This document shows, one piece after another, positions 1 to 7,674 of a DNA stretch of 11,367 nt. The stretch covers positions 1 through 11,367 of the forward strand of contig JASFEA010000101.1 of NCBI GenBank assembly GCA_050125095.1, read 5' to 3'. Position 1 is the stretch's first letter; each line of letters starts with the position of its first letter. The stretch comes from a bacterium. GTDB lineage: Bacteria; Arandabacterota; Arandabacteria; Arandabacterales; JALGWA01. A program made the translations under genes and the position numbers. Below the pieces are notes generated by a model that saw nothing but the letters and a program-made list of their open reading frames with translations, was not told the origin of the DNA and made no database searches.

Positions 1-1
1 T

Positions 2-2473
2 AAGGCGGCCGGGAAAACTGGGCGCAGCAGCGGGAAGAAGACTGCGAAGCGGCCGGGCCGGAAGTCCGCGAAGCCGCGCGGGACCACCAGGGGCCCCAGG
101 GTCGTGAAGACGGCCACCGTGGGAGACCCCAGCATACTCGTTGAGCCCGGCGCCCCCAGAATTCAGAAACTGCCGGGCGAGCTGGGCATCATCCCGCTCA
201 GGGACACGGTGATCTTCCCCTACATGATAGCGCCGCTGGTCATCGGCAGGCAGAGGTCGCTTCGCCTGGTCGATGAGGCCGCGAACGGCGACCGCACCAT
301 AGGCCTGGCGACCCAGGTAAGGCCGGACATAGAGATGCCGACCCCGGCCGACCTCTATAATGTCGGGACGGCGGCCACCATACTCAAAATGCTCAAGTTC
401 CCCGACGGCAGCACGCGGCTTCTGGTGCAGGGCATCGCGCGCGTAGAGATCAAAAAGTTCACGCAGGAGGAGCCGTATCTCAGGGCGAGCGTTACGGAGA
501 TCCCGGAGGTCAGCGACGAAAGCGTGGAGGCCCAGGCGCTCTTGAGAAACGCCTCCGGTGTGTTCAACAAGATAGTCGCGCTCTCTCCCCATCTGCCGGA
601 CGAGCTCCAGGTAGCGGTCATGAATATCGACAATCCGACGAGGGCGGCGGACCTCATCGCCTCGAATATCAATCTGACCACTGCGGAGAAGCAGGACATC
701 CTTGAGACATTCGACACCAAGCCCAAGCTGGAGCGGCTCATCAATTATCTGAACCGCGAGCTGCAGGTGCTGGAGCTCGGGAGCAAGATACAGTCGGATG
801 TCAAATCCGAGCTCGACAAGACGCAGCGCGAGTACTACCTGCGCGAACAGCTCAAGGCCATAAGGCGGGAGCTCGGCGAGGGCGACGAGCGCACGATGGA
901 GATAGAGGAACTCAGGGAAAAAGTAAAGGCCGCGGGAATGAGCGAGCGCGCCGAGAAGGCCGCGGAGAAGGAAATAGACCGGCTCGGGCGCATGCCGCCG
1001 CAGGCGGCGGAGTACACGGTTTCCAGAACCTATCTGGACTGGCTGGTCGGGCTGCCCTGGTCGGTGAGCACCGAGGACGTGCTGGAAGTGCCGGCGGCCG
1101 CGAAGATTCTGGATGAGGACCATTATGATCTGGAGAAAGTAAAGGAGCGCATTCTCGAGTTTCTCGCCGTGCGGAAGTTAAAGAAGGAGACCAAGGGTCC
1201 GATTCTCTGCTTCGTCGGTCCGCCCGGCGTCGGCAAGACGTCGCTGGGCAAGTCTATCGCGCGGGCGCTGGGGAGGAAATTCACCAGGATTTCGTTAGGC
1301 GGCGTGCGGGACGAGGCCGAGATCCGGGGCCACCGCCGGACCTATGTGGGCGCATTGCCCGGCAGGATCATTCAGGGCATCAGGCAGGCGGGATCCAGAA
1401 ATCCGCTGTTCATGCTCGACGAAGTGGACAAGCTCGGGACCGACTTCCGCGGTGACCCCTCGGCCGCGCTTCTGGAGGTGCTCGACCCGGAGCAGAACGA
1501 GAATTTCTCCGACCACTATCTTGAGGTTCCGTTCGACCTGTCCCGGGTAATGTTCATCACCACGGGCAACGTACTCCATACCATACCGCCGGCCCTCCTG
1601 GACCGGATGGAGGTGATCGAGCTTCCGGGCTACACCGACGGGGAAAAGGTGGAGATCTCGAAGAAGTTTCTGATACCCCGCCAGCTGGAGGGCCACGGAC
1701 TCACGGGGGACAATATCGAGTTCGGAGACGACGCGCTTCGGCTGCTCATTTCGGAGTACACGCGCGAGGCGGGCCTGCGCAACTTCGAGCGGGAAATAGC
1801 CAACATCTGCAGAAAGGTCGCCCGGAAGGTGGCGGAGGGCGAGAAGGACAAGGTGAACATAGATGCGGCCGCGGTGGCCGAATTGCTGGGGCCGAGCAAG
1901 TTCTTCAGGGATGCGGCCGAACGCACAATGGCGCCGGGCGTCGCCACCGGCGTCGCATGGACCGAGGCCGGCGGCGATATCATTTTCGTGGAAACCAGTA
2001 TGATGAAAGGCGGCAAGTCGCTCACGCTGACCGGTCACCTGGGAGACGTCATGCAGGAGTCGGCACAGGCCGCGCTCACTTACGTGCGGTCTAACGCCGA
2101 GACCCTGGAAGTGCCGCCCGACTTCTATGAGAAAAACGACCTGCATGTCCATGTTCCCCATGGGGGCGTTCCCAAGGACGGCCCCTCAGCTGGAGTCACC
2201 ATAGCGACGAGCATGGTTTCGCTCTTAAGCGGCAAACCCGTCAGACCCGATGTGGCCATGACCGGCGAGATCACTCTCAAGGGCAAGGTCCTCCCCGTGG
2301 GAGGCGTGAAGGAGAAGATACTGGCTGCGCGCAGGGCCGGTATCAAGACGGTCATTCTTCCGAGGAAGAATGAGAAGGACCTGAGCGAAGTCCCGGACAT
2401 CGTCAAGAAGGGCATCACCTTCGTCTTTGTCGATAATCTTGACGAAGTCTTCAAAGAAGCCCTGACAGGATAG
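2..2473 (+). CDS. lon: ATP-dependent Lon protease (LonA, endopeptidase La); probably 5'-partial, since the frame is open from the window edge (the ORF track starts it at GTG 104)
   Basis: Lon N-domain (IPLRDTVIFP), 'QREYYLREQLKAI', Walker A GPPGVGKTS, 'IRGHRRTYVGALPG', Walker B FMLDEVDK, catalytic Ser motif PKDGPSAG and Lys motif VGGVKEK. No in-frame stop between 2 and 104, and no clear RBS before GTG 104. Stop TAG 2471-2473. Confidence 0.97.
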   Translation, partial: KAAGKTGRSSGKKTAKRPGRKSAKPRGTTRGPRVVKTATVGDPSILVEPGAPRIQKLPGELGIIPLRDTVIFPYMIAPLVIGRQRSLRLVDEAANGDRTIGLATQVRPDIEMPTPADLYNVGTAATILKMLKFPDGSTRLLVQGIARVEIKKFTQEEPYLRASVTEIPEVSDESVEAQALLRNASGVFNKIVALSPHLPDELQVAVMNIDNPTRAADLIASNINLTTAEKQDILETFDTKPKLERLINYLNRELQVLELGSKIQSDVKSELDKTQREYYLREQLKAIRRELGEGDERTMEIEELREKVKAAGMSERAEKAAEKEIDRLGRMPPQAAEYTVSRTYLDWLVGLPWSVSTEDVLEVPAAAKILDEDHYDLEKVKERILEFLAVRKLKKETKGPILCFVGPPGVGKTSLGKSIARALGRKFTRISLGGVRDEAEIRGHRRTYVGALPGRIIQGIRQAGSRNPLFMLDEVDKLGTDFRGDPSAALLEVLDPEQNENFSDHYLEVPFDLSRVMFITTGNVLHTIPPALLDRMEVIELPGYTDGEKVEISKKFLIPRQLEGHGLTGDNIEFGDDALRLLISEYTREAGLRNFEREIANICRKVARKVAEGEKDKVNIDAAAVAELLGPSKFFRDAAERTMAPGVATGVAWTEAGGDIIFVETSMMKGGKSLTLTGHLGDVMQESAQAALTYVRSNAETLEVPPDFYEKNDLHVHVPHGGVPKDGPSAGVTIATSMVSLLSGKPVRPDVAMTGEITLKGKVLPVGGVKEKILAARRAGIKTVILPRKNEKDLSEVPDIVKKGITFVFVDNLDEVFKEALTG

Positions 2474-2492
2474 CCAGCCATGGAGGGCAGAA

Positions 2493-4190
2493 TTGAAAGA
2501 CCCTCATAGCAGGGAGCCCGTGCGCTGCTGGGAAGAGGTGGCCTGCGGGCGTCCGGACTGCGAGGCGCATGAGAATGAAAACGCGCCCTGCTGGCTTCTT
2601 CCCGACAGCCGCTGTTTCGACCGCCCCACATGCCTTACGGAGAGGCTCACGATCAGATGCGCGGACTGCCCGGTTTTCAAAGCGCACCGGGCCCGCGCCG
2701 AAGGGAAGCGGACCTCCGACGGGGCCGTGGTCGGCACCATGGAAGGCCTTCTTTCCGAATGCGCCGAGCTGCTGTCCAGCTCGGAGACTCTCAAGAGAGA
2801 CCTCAGGACCAAGTCGGCCGAGGTTACGCTTCTCGGTGAAGTGGGCCGGGCGCTGCAGAGCACCATGGAGCTGGATGAGCTCCTTATGGTCATACTTACG
2901 GCGGTTACGGCCGGCGACGGCCTGGGATTCAACCGCGCCTTTCTGATCATGCTGAACAAAGGCGGAAACGCGCTGGAAGGGCGCATGGCGGTAGGGCCCT
3001 CGCGCCCCGACGAGGCTGAGACAATATGGGGCGCGATGAAGCACGAGGCGAGGAGCTTCGGCGAGATCCTGGCAGGCCCATCCTCGGGCCGTGACGGCGC
3101 GGCGGGCATCATGCGACTCGCCCGCACGATAAGGCTGTCCGCCGACCCGGGGTGCGGGATCGTGGCCCGCAGCATGGAGGAGGGCGTCGCCTACAGCATA
3201 GACAATGCCCGCGAAATCCCTGAAGCGAGGGTACTGGCGGATTTGATAGAGAGTGACTCCTTCATAGTCATGCCGCTGGTGGCCAAGGGCAGGAAGCTAG
3301 GCGCGATCGTCGCCGACAACTTCGTGACACGGCGGGCGATCTCCAGAGAGGACGTGAGGCTGCTGGAAACGCTGGCCAGCCAGGCGGCGCTCGCAATACT
3401 AAACGCATCGCTTCACAGCAGGCTGCAGGAACGGCTTAGACAGCTGGAGGACGCCCACAGGCAGCTGATGCAGGACCAGCTCCAGCTCATGAGGGCCGAG
3501 CGGCTGGTGGCTGCGGGCGGTCTGGCGTCGACCCTGGTTCATGAAATCAAGACGCCGCTTGTTTCCATCGGCCTCATGGCGAGGGCCGCGGCGGCCGAAT
3601 TTCTGGACGGGCATAAGGTCAGAGACGTTCTCGACAAAATCGCCATGGAAATAGTCAGGCTGGAAGACTCACTCAAGCACATTGTGAAGTCCACAAGCGG
3701 ACTCAGCCGCGAGACAGTCCCCATCGACGTATCGTCGCTGGTCGGGGAGACTCTTGATCTTCTTGCGGGCGTCACAGCCCGGGCGGGCATCGAGGTCGTT
3801 TATGTCCCGGGTCACGGCGACGTCGTGGTGATGGGGAGCCCTGTGGAACTCAGGCAGATGTTGCTGAATATACTGCATAACTCGGTTGAGGCGATGTCCG
3901 ACGGCGGCAGCCTTACCTTGAGGACTGAAATGCAGGGCGCCATGCTGAAATTGAGCGCCGAGGACACGGGATGCGGCATGTCCGAAGACGTGCGCGAGCG
4001 GATCTTCTCCCCGTTCTTTACCACCAAGCGGGAAGGCTCGGGCCTGGGTCTCGTGATCGCCCGGAGGATCGCCGCGGATCACGGCGGAAGGCTGTCATTC
4101 GAGAGCAAGGAGGGAGAAGGGACCTGCTTCCATGTCCATCTGCCTGTCGCGCAGGGGGCGCCGGAAGAGGCTGATTCCACACCCAAGTGA
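2493..4190 (+). CDS. Cytoplasmic sensor histidine kinase: N-terminal Cys-rich (two-CW-like) domain, GAF domain, HisKA, HATPase_c
   Basis: TTG start 6 nt after GGAGG (2482-2486). H-box LVHEIKTPL, N-box LLNILHNSVEAM, G1 DTGCGM, F-box IFSPFFTTK, G2 GSGLGL. GAF-like 'GLGFNRAFL...FIVMPL...LGAIVADN...DVRLLETLASQAALAI'. Eight Cys including two CW dipeptides in residues 12-59. No obvious transmembrane helix. Confidence 0.93.
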   Translation: MKDPHSREPVRCWEEVACGRPDCEAHENENAPCWLLPDSRCFDRPTCLTERLTIRCADCPVFKAHRARAEGKRTSDGAVVGTMEGLLSECAELLSSSETLKRDLRTKSAEVTLLGEVGRALQSTMELDELLMVILTAVTAGDGLGFNRAFLIMLNKGGNALEGRMAVGPSRPDEAETIWGAMKHEARSFGEILAGPSSGRDGAAGIMRLARTIRLSADPGCGIVARSMEEGVAYSIDNAREIPEARVLADLIESDSFIVMPLVAKGRKLGAIVADNFVTRRAISREDVRLLETLASQAALAILNASLHSRLQERLRQLEDAHRQLMQDQLQLMRAERLVAAGGLASTLVHEIKTPLVSIGLMARAAAAEFLDGHKVRDVLDKIAMEIVRLEDSLKHIVKSTSGLSRETVPIDVSSLVGETLDLLAGVTARAGIEVVYVPGHGDVVVMGSPVELRQMLLNILHNSVEAMSDGGSLTLRTEMQGAMLKLSAEDTGCGMSEDVRERIFSPFFTTKREGSGLGLVIARRIAADHGGRLSFESKEGEGTCFHVHLPVAQGAPEEADSTPK

Positions 4191-5419
4191 CGACCATATT
4201 ACTACAGATAATATTCCTCGGAGTCCTGCTTGTCTTCTCAGCTCTGTTCTCCGGTTCAGAGACCGCCCTCTTCTCCCTGAAACCCTTCGAGATACGAAAG
4301 CTCGAACGCCGGCCCTCTCGCCGCTCCATCGCCGTCGCCTCGCTGCTTTCGGATCCCGTGAGGCTGCTCGTAACCATACTGGTCGGGAACACGCTCGTCA
4401 ATGTCGCGGCTTCGTCCATCGGAACCAATATCGTGGGACACGTGTTGCACAAGGGAGTCATCGGGATCAGCGTGGCCGCGATGAGCATACTCATACTCAT
4501 ATTCGGGGAGATCGTCCCCAAGACCTACGCAGTTACCAAGCCCCTCAAGACGGCGCTGAGAACGTCCGCGCTCATATCGTTCGCCGTCAAAGTCATGTCT
4601 CCGCTGCGCGCCTGCTTCACCGCGCTGACGGGCCTCGCGGCAAGGACCAGGCTGCCGGGTTCTGCTATGCCGGACCATGAGCACGCCCATGTCGTGGAGG
4701 CCGTGTCGGCGGGCCATACCGAAGGCGTGCTGGACGGTCTGGAGCGCAGGATGCTTGCGGGTTTCCTGAAGATCGAGCACCAGTCCGTGCAGAACATCAT
4801 GACGCCGCGAACCGAGGTCTTCATGGTGGACGCGGGGACGCGGGTGGCGGACGCGGTGGGCCCGTTCAAGTCGGCGGGCTTCTCCAGGGTGCCGGTATTC
4901 GAGACCGAGAACAGGGACAACATCAAGGGAGTCGTCTATGTGAAGGACCTCCTCCACAAGCAGTACAGCGAGAACCTGAGCCTCAGCGACATAGCGCGGC
5001 GGCCGGTTTTCGTCCCCGAGTCCAAGTCGCTTGCGGACCTTCTCAGCGAGTTCGTGAAAGGCGCCGCCCACTTCGCGGTGGTGGTGGACGAGTACGGCTG
5101 CTTCTGCGGGATAGTCACGCTGGACGACATAGTGGAGGAGATAGTGGGCGAAGAGCTCGACGCGAGGTCCAAGAACACTTACCGGAAGAAGACAAGGTCG
5201 GCCTATGAAGTCTCTGCGAGGATGGAGCTCGAGTACTTCAACGCGCTTATGGGCTCGTCGCTTGTGGATAATAACGCCGAGACCGTCGGCGGGTTCATAA
5301 TCAACCGGGTGGGCAGGATACCGGCAACAGGCGATGAGTTCATTTTCGAGGGCATAGGGTTCAAGATTCTCGAAGCCGACTCGCGCCAGATCAAGCTCCT
5401 GAGAGTACGGAAGAAGTAG
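4187..5419 (+). CDS. CNNM/CorB-CorC (HlyC/hemolysin-family) Mg2+/Co2+ transporter-like protein: DUF21 + CBS pair + CorC_HlyC domain (paralog 1)
   Basis: FSALFSGSETALFSL, TILVGNTLVN and FGEIVPK transmembrane motifs; CBS 'IMTPRTEV', 'FSRVPVF', 'FVPESK', 'VVDEYG...GIVTLDDIVEEIVGE'; C-terminal 'ETVGGFI...GRIP..GD'. GTG start overlaps the kinase TGA (GTGA 4187-4190). Confidence 0.93.
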   Translation: MTTILLQIIFLGVLLVFSALFSGSETALFSLKPFEIRKLERRPSRRSIAVASLLSDPVRLLVTILVGNTLVNVAASSIGTNIVGHVLHKGVIGISVAAMSILILIFGEIVPKTYAVTKPLKTALRTSALISFAVKVMSPLRACFTALTGLAARTRLPGSAMPDHEHAHVVEAVSAGHTEGVLDGLERRMLAGFLKIEHQSVQNIMTPRTEVFMVDAGTRVADAVGPFKSAGFSRVPVFETENRDNIKGVVYVKDLLHKQYSENLSLSDIARRPVFVPESKSLADLLSEFVKGAAHFAVVVDEYGCFCGIVTLDDIVEEIVGEELDARSKNTYRKKTRSAYEVSARMELEYFNALMGSSLVDNNAETVGGFIINRVGRIPATGDEFIFEGIGFKILEADSRQIKLLRVRKK

Positions 5420-5424
5420 GGAAT

Positions 5425-6648
5425 ATGCTGGATGTGATTGGCAATATAGCGGCCATCGTGGCTGCCGTGCTGGGATCCGGGTTCTTCTCGGGAAGCGAGA
5501 CCGCCTTCGTGTCCAGCAACCGCTTCCAGATATCGGCGATGGCCACGTCCGGGTCAATGCGGGCCCGGATGGCAAGGCGGCTGCTCGCGGACCCGAGCAC
5601 GCTGCTCAGCGTCACGCTGGTGGGGACCAATGTATGCGTGGTGCTGGCGTCCGCCCTGGCGACGGCCACGCTGGCGGACTATCTCGGAGACTACGCCGTG
5701 CTCGTTTCCACGGTGAGCGTGACGTTCTTCTTACTCGTTTTCGGAGAGATAATCCCCAAGGCGATTGCGCGGACGAGCCCCGAGGGCTTCCTCACATTCG
5801 TAGCCCCCGTGCTCGGCGTCGCGTATTACGTGCTTTACCCGGTCGCGATGGTGACGTCATCAATCGCGTCGGTCTTCGTCGGCCCTTCCGGGCGCAGAGA
5901 GAGATCGGGCGCGGTTACCCGCGAGGAAATAAGGGCGATCGTGAAGGAGATAGCAGGAGACGCCAGCAGTCTTCCCAGCCACGCTTACGCCTATCGAGTT
6001 CTTGACCTCTCCAGAATGAAAGTGACGGGTGTCATGGTGCCCATGGACGAGGTGAACTGCTTCGAGGAAGGTATGACCGTGAGACAGGTGCTTTCGGAAT
6101 CCTCGCGCAGCGGCCATTCGCGTTACCCGGTGTACAAGGGCAGCTGCGAGCACATCACGGGTGTGCTGCATATAAGAGATCTCCTGGGCGTTACGGAGGA
6201 CCGCAGCATAAGGGTCTTCTCGCGAAGCGCGCACTTCATTCCGGAGACCCAGACCGTCAGAAGGGCGATATTCGAGATGCGCGACGACCTCAGGCATCTC
6301 TCGGTTGTCACCGACGAGTACGGCCGCTCGATCGGGATTGTGACCTTCGAGGACGCCCTGGAGGAGATACTGGGCGAGATCAGCGACGAGTACGACGGCA
6401 GACAGGAGAGGGGTATCGAGATAGGCGGGATAGTGAGCGGGCGGGTACCCGTTTCGCTTATAGAGGAGGAGCTCGGGATAGAGATCCCCGAGGGCGCGGG
6501 CGACACCCTCGCCGGTTTCCTGCTTCACGTCAGCGGGGAGATCCCGCATGCCGGCGCCGTCATAGAGCATGGCAATTTCAGGTTCCATGTGGTAGAGGTG
6601 AGGGGAAACCGGATCAGGCGCGTGCGGATAGATGAGAAGGAAGAATAG
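5425..6648 (+). CDS. CNNM/CorB-CorC (HlyC/hemolysin-family) transporter-like protein (paralog 2)
   Basis: SGFFSGSETAFVS, FGEIIPK, 'VTREEI', CBS 'GHSRYPVY', 'FIPET', 'VTDEYG..IGIVTFEDALEEILGEISDEYD', C-terminal 'DTLAGFLL...GEIP..G'. Starts 5 nt after the previous stop. Confidence 0.93.
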   Translation: MLDVIGNIAAIVAAVLGSGFFSGSETAFVSSNRFQISAMATSGSMRARMARRLLADPSTLLSVTLVGTNVCVVLASALATATLADYLGDYAVLVSTVSVTFFLLVFGEIIPKAIARTSPEGFLTFVAPVLGVAYYVLYPVAMVTSSIASVFVGPSGRRERSGAVTREEIRAIVKEIAGDASSLPSHAYAYRVLDLSRMKVTGVMVPMDEVNCFEEGMTVRQVLSESSRSGHSRYPVYKGSCEHITGVLHIRDLLGVTEDRSIRVFSRSAHFIPETQTVRRAIFEMRDDLRHLSVVTDEYGRSIGIVTFEDALEEILGEISDEYDGRQERGIEIGGIVSGRVPVSLIEEELGIEIPEGAGDTLAGFLLHVSGEIPHAGAVIEHGNFRFHVVEVRGNRIRRVRIDEKEE

Positions 6649-7611
6649 ATGAAGAGGGACGTAGTCATAGCAGTCGACCTGGGAGGGACCAATCTGCGCC
6701 TCGGCGTCGTGAGCCCGTCGGGCAGGGTGCTCGCGGGGGCCAGGGCCAAGATGGGTTCCTATAAGCGTAACGCCGATCTTCTCACCGATCTTTACGAGGC
6801 CATCGCGGACTTCGAGCCGGAAGCGTCGGCCCGCGGCCGCCTGAGAGCCGTATGCCTGGGCTTCGCGGGCTACACCGACTCCGCCCGCGGCCTCATATAC
6901 TTCGCGCCCAATGTCGGCGGGCTCAGGAACATACGAGTCGGCCCCTATCTCAAGAAGCGGTTTAATGTGCCCGTCTTCGTCGAAAACGACGCCAACTGCG
7001 CCGCCCTGGGCGAGCACTATAAGGGAGCCGGCAGGAACGCCGGTAGCCTTTTCATGTTCACGCTCGGAACAGGCGTGGGCGGCGGTTTCATCGTCGACGG
7101 GAAGATCTGGCGCGGAGCCAGGGGCACGGCGGGGGAGATCGGCCATACGATAGTCATGGTGGATGGGCCGCTGTGCAGCTGCGGTAATCGCGGCTGCCTC
7201 GAGACCTTCGCCTCGGCAACCGCCATAGTGAAGGAATACCGCAGAGTAAGGAGGTCAAAGGGCCGGGGCAGGGTAGCTCCCGGCACGGGCGCCCGGGGGA
7301 AAGTCACCGCCCGCCAGGTCACCGATCTTGCCAGGCGCGGCGACAGGGCCGCGACGGCCGCTATGAAGTATGCCGCCCGGGGCCTGGGCGTGGGCATCGC
7401 CAATATCTTCAACCTGCTGGACCCCGAACTCATCCTCATCGGGGGCGGCGTGAGCAGGGCCGGCGCGGTGCTGCTCCGGCCGGCCATCATGGAGGCCAGG
7501 AAGATCGTATTCCCGCCGCTCGCCCCGCGGCTCAGGGTCAGGCGCGCGGTACTCGGCGACGACGCGGCTTTGATAGGAGCGGCCCGGTTCGCGTTCGAGC
7601 ACCTAAAGTGA
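6649..7611 (+). CDS. ROK-family sugar kinase (glucokinase-like, Zn-binding, no HTH)
   Basis: VDLGGT ATP-binding motif at the N-terminus, ENDANCAALGE, TLGTGVGGG, AGEIGH, Zn motif CSCGNRGCLE, IGGGVS, AALIGAA. AAGGA RBS at 6636-6640. Substrate cannot be determined from sequence. Confidence 0.93.
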   Translation: MKRDVVIAVDLGGTNLRLGVVSPSGRVLAGARAKMGSYKRNADLLTDLYEAIADFEPEASARGRLRAVCLGFAGYTDSARGLIYFAPNVGGLRNIRVGPYLKKRFNVPVFVENDANCAALGEHYKGAGRNAGSLFMFTLGTGVGGGFIVDGKIWRGARGTAGEIGHTIVMVDGPLCSCGNRGCLETFASATAIVKEYRRVRRSKGRGRVAPGTGARGKVTARQVTDLARRGDRAATAAMKYAARGLGVGIANIFNLLDPELILIGGGVSRAGAVLLRPAIMEARKIVFPPLAPRLRVRRAVLGDDAALIGAARFAFEHLK

Positions 7612-7612
7612 T

Positions 7613-7641
7613 TTGACATGCCCCATTCCCTGTGTTAGGAA
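7613..7641 (+). promoter_or_regulatory. Putative sigma70-type promoter for the amino-acid dehydrogenase gene
   Basis: Perfect TTGACA (7613-7618), 17-nt spacer, extended -10 TG-n-TAGGAA (7633-7641; lacks the conserved last T), within a 63-nt intergenic gap. AAGAGG RBS at 7659-7664. Confidence 0.5.
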
Positions 7642-7674
7642 CAGTAAGGAAACACTGCAAGAGGCGCACATCTT

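Noticed and set aside
3-107. Frame-3 open stretch ending at TGA 105-107 that overlaps GTG 104, a possible upstream gene coupled to lon
   Set aside because: Its third codon positions are A-rich, unlike genes here, while the Lon frame is 31/34 G/C-ending. Judged less likely but not excluded without upstream sequence.
2480-2509. Mini-ORF MEGRIERPS in the Lon frame overlapping the kinase RBS, or an amber read-through tail of Lon
   Set aside because: Nine codons with no RBS of its own. The sequence is explained by the GGAGG of the kinase start, and Lon already ends at its normal C-terminus.
4187-6648. 'Hemolysin' or virulence interpretation of the HlyC-family genes
   Set aside because: The domain architecture is that of CNNM/CorB-CorC metal transporters; the hemolysin name is a legacy family label.
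6646-6651. In-frame TAG-ATG junction suggesting a CNNM-ROK fusion by stop read-through or recoding
   Set aside because: ROK has its own AAGGA RBS, both proteins are complete, and other TAG codons act as normal stops at expected C-termini.
4256-7146. Long antisense ORFs (4256-5575 and 5860-7146), and likewise 1295-2161 and 9771-10991
   Set aside because: They shadow well-supported sense genes, show no recognisable motifs, and are expected in GC-rich DNA with few antisense stops.
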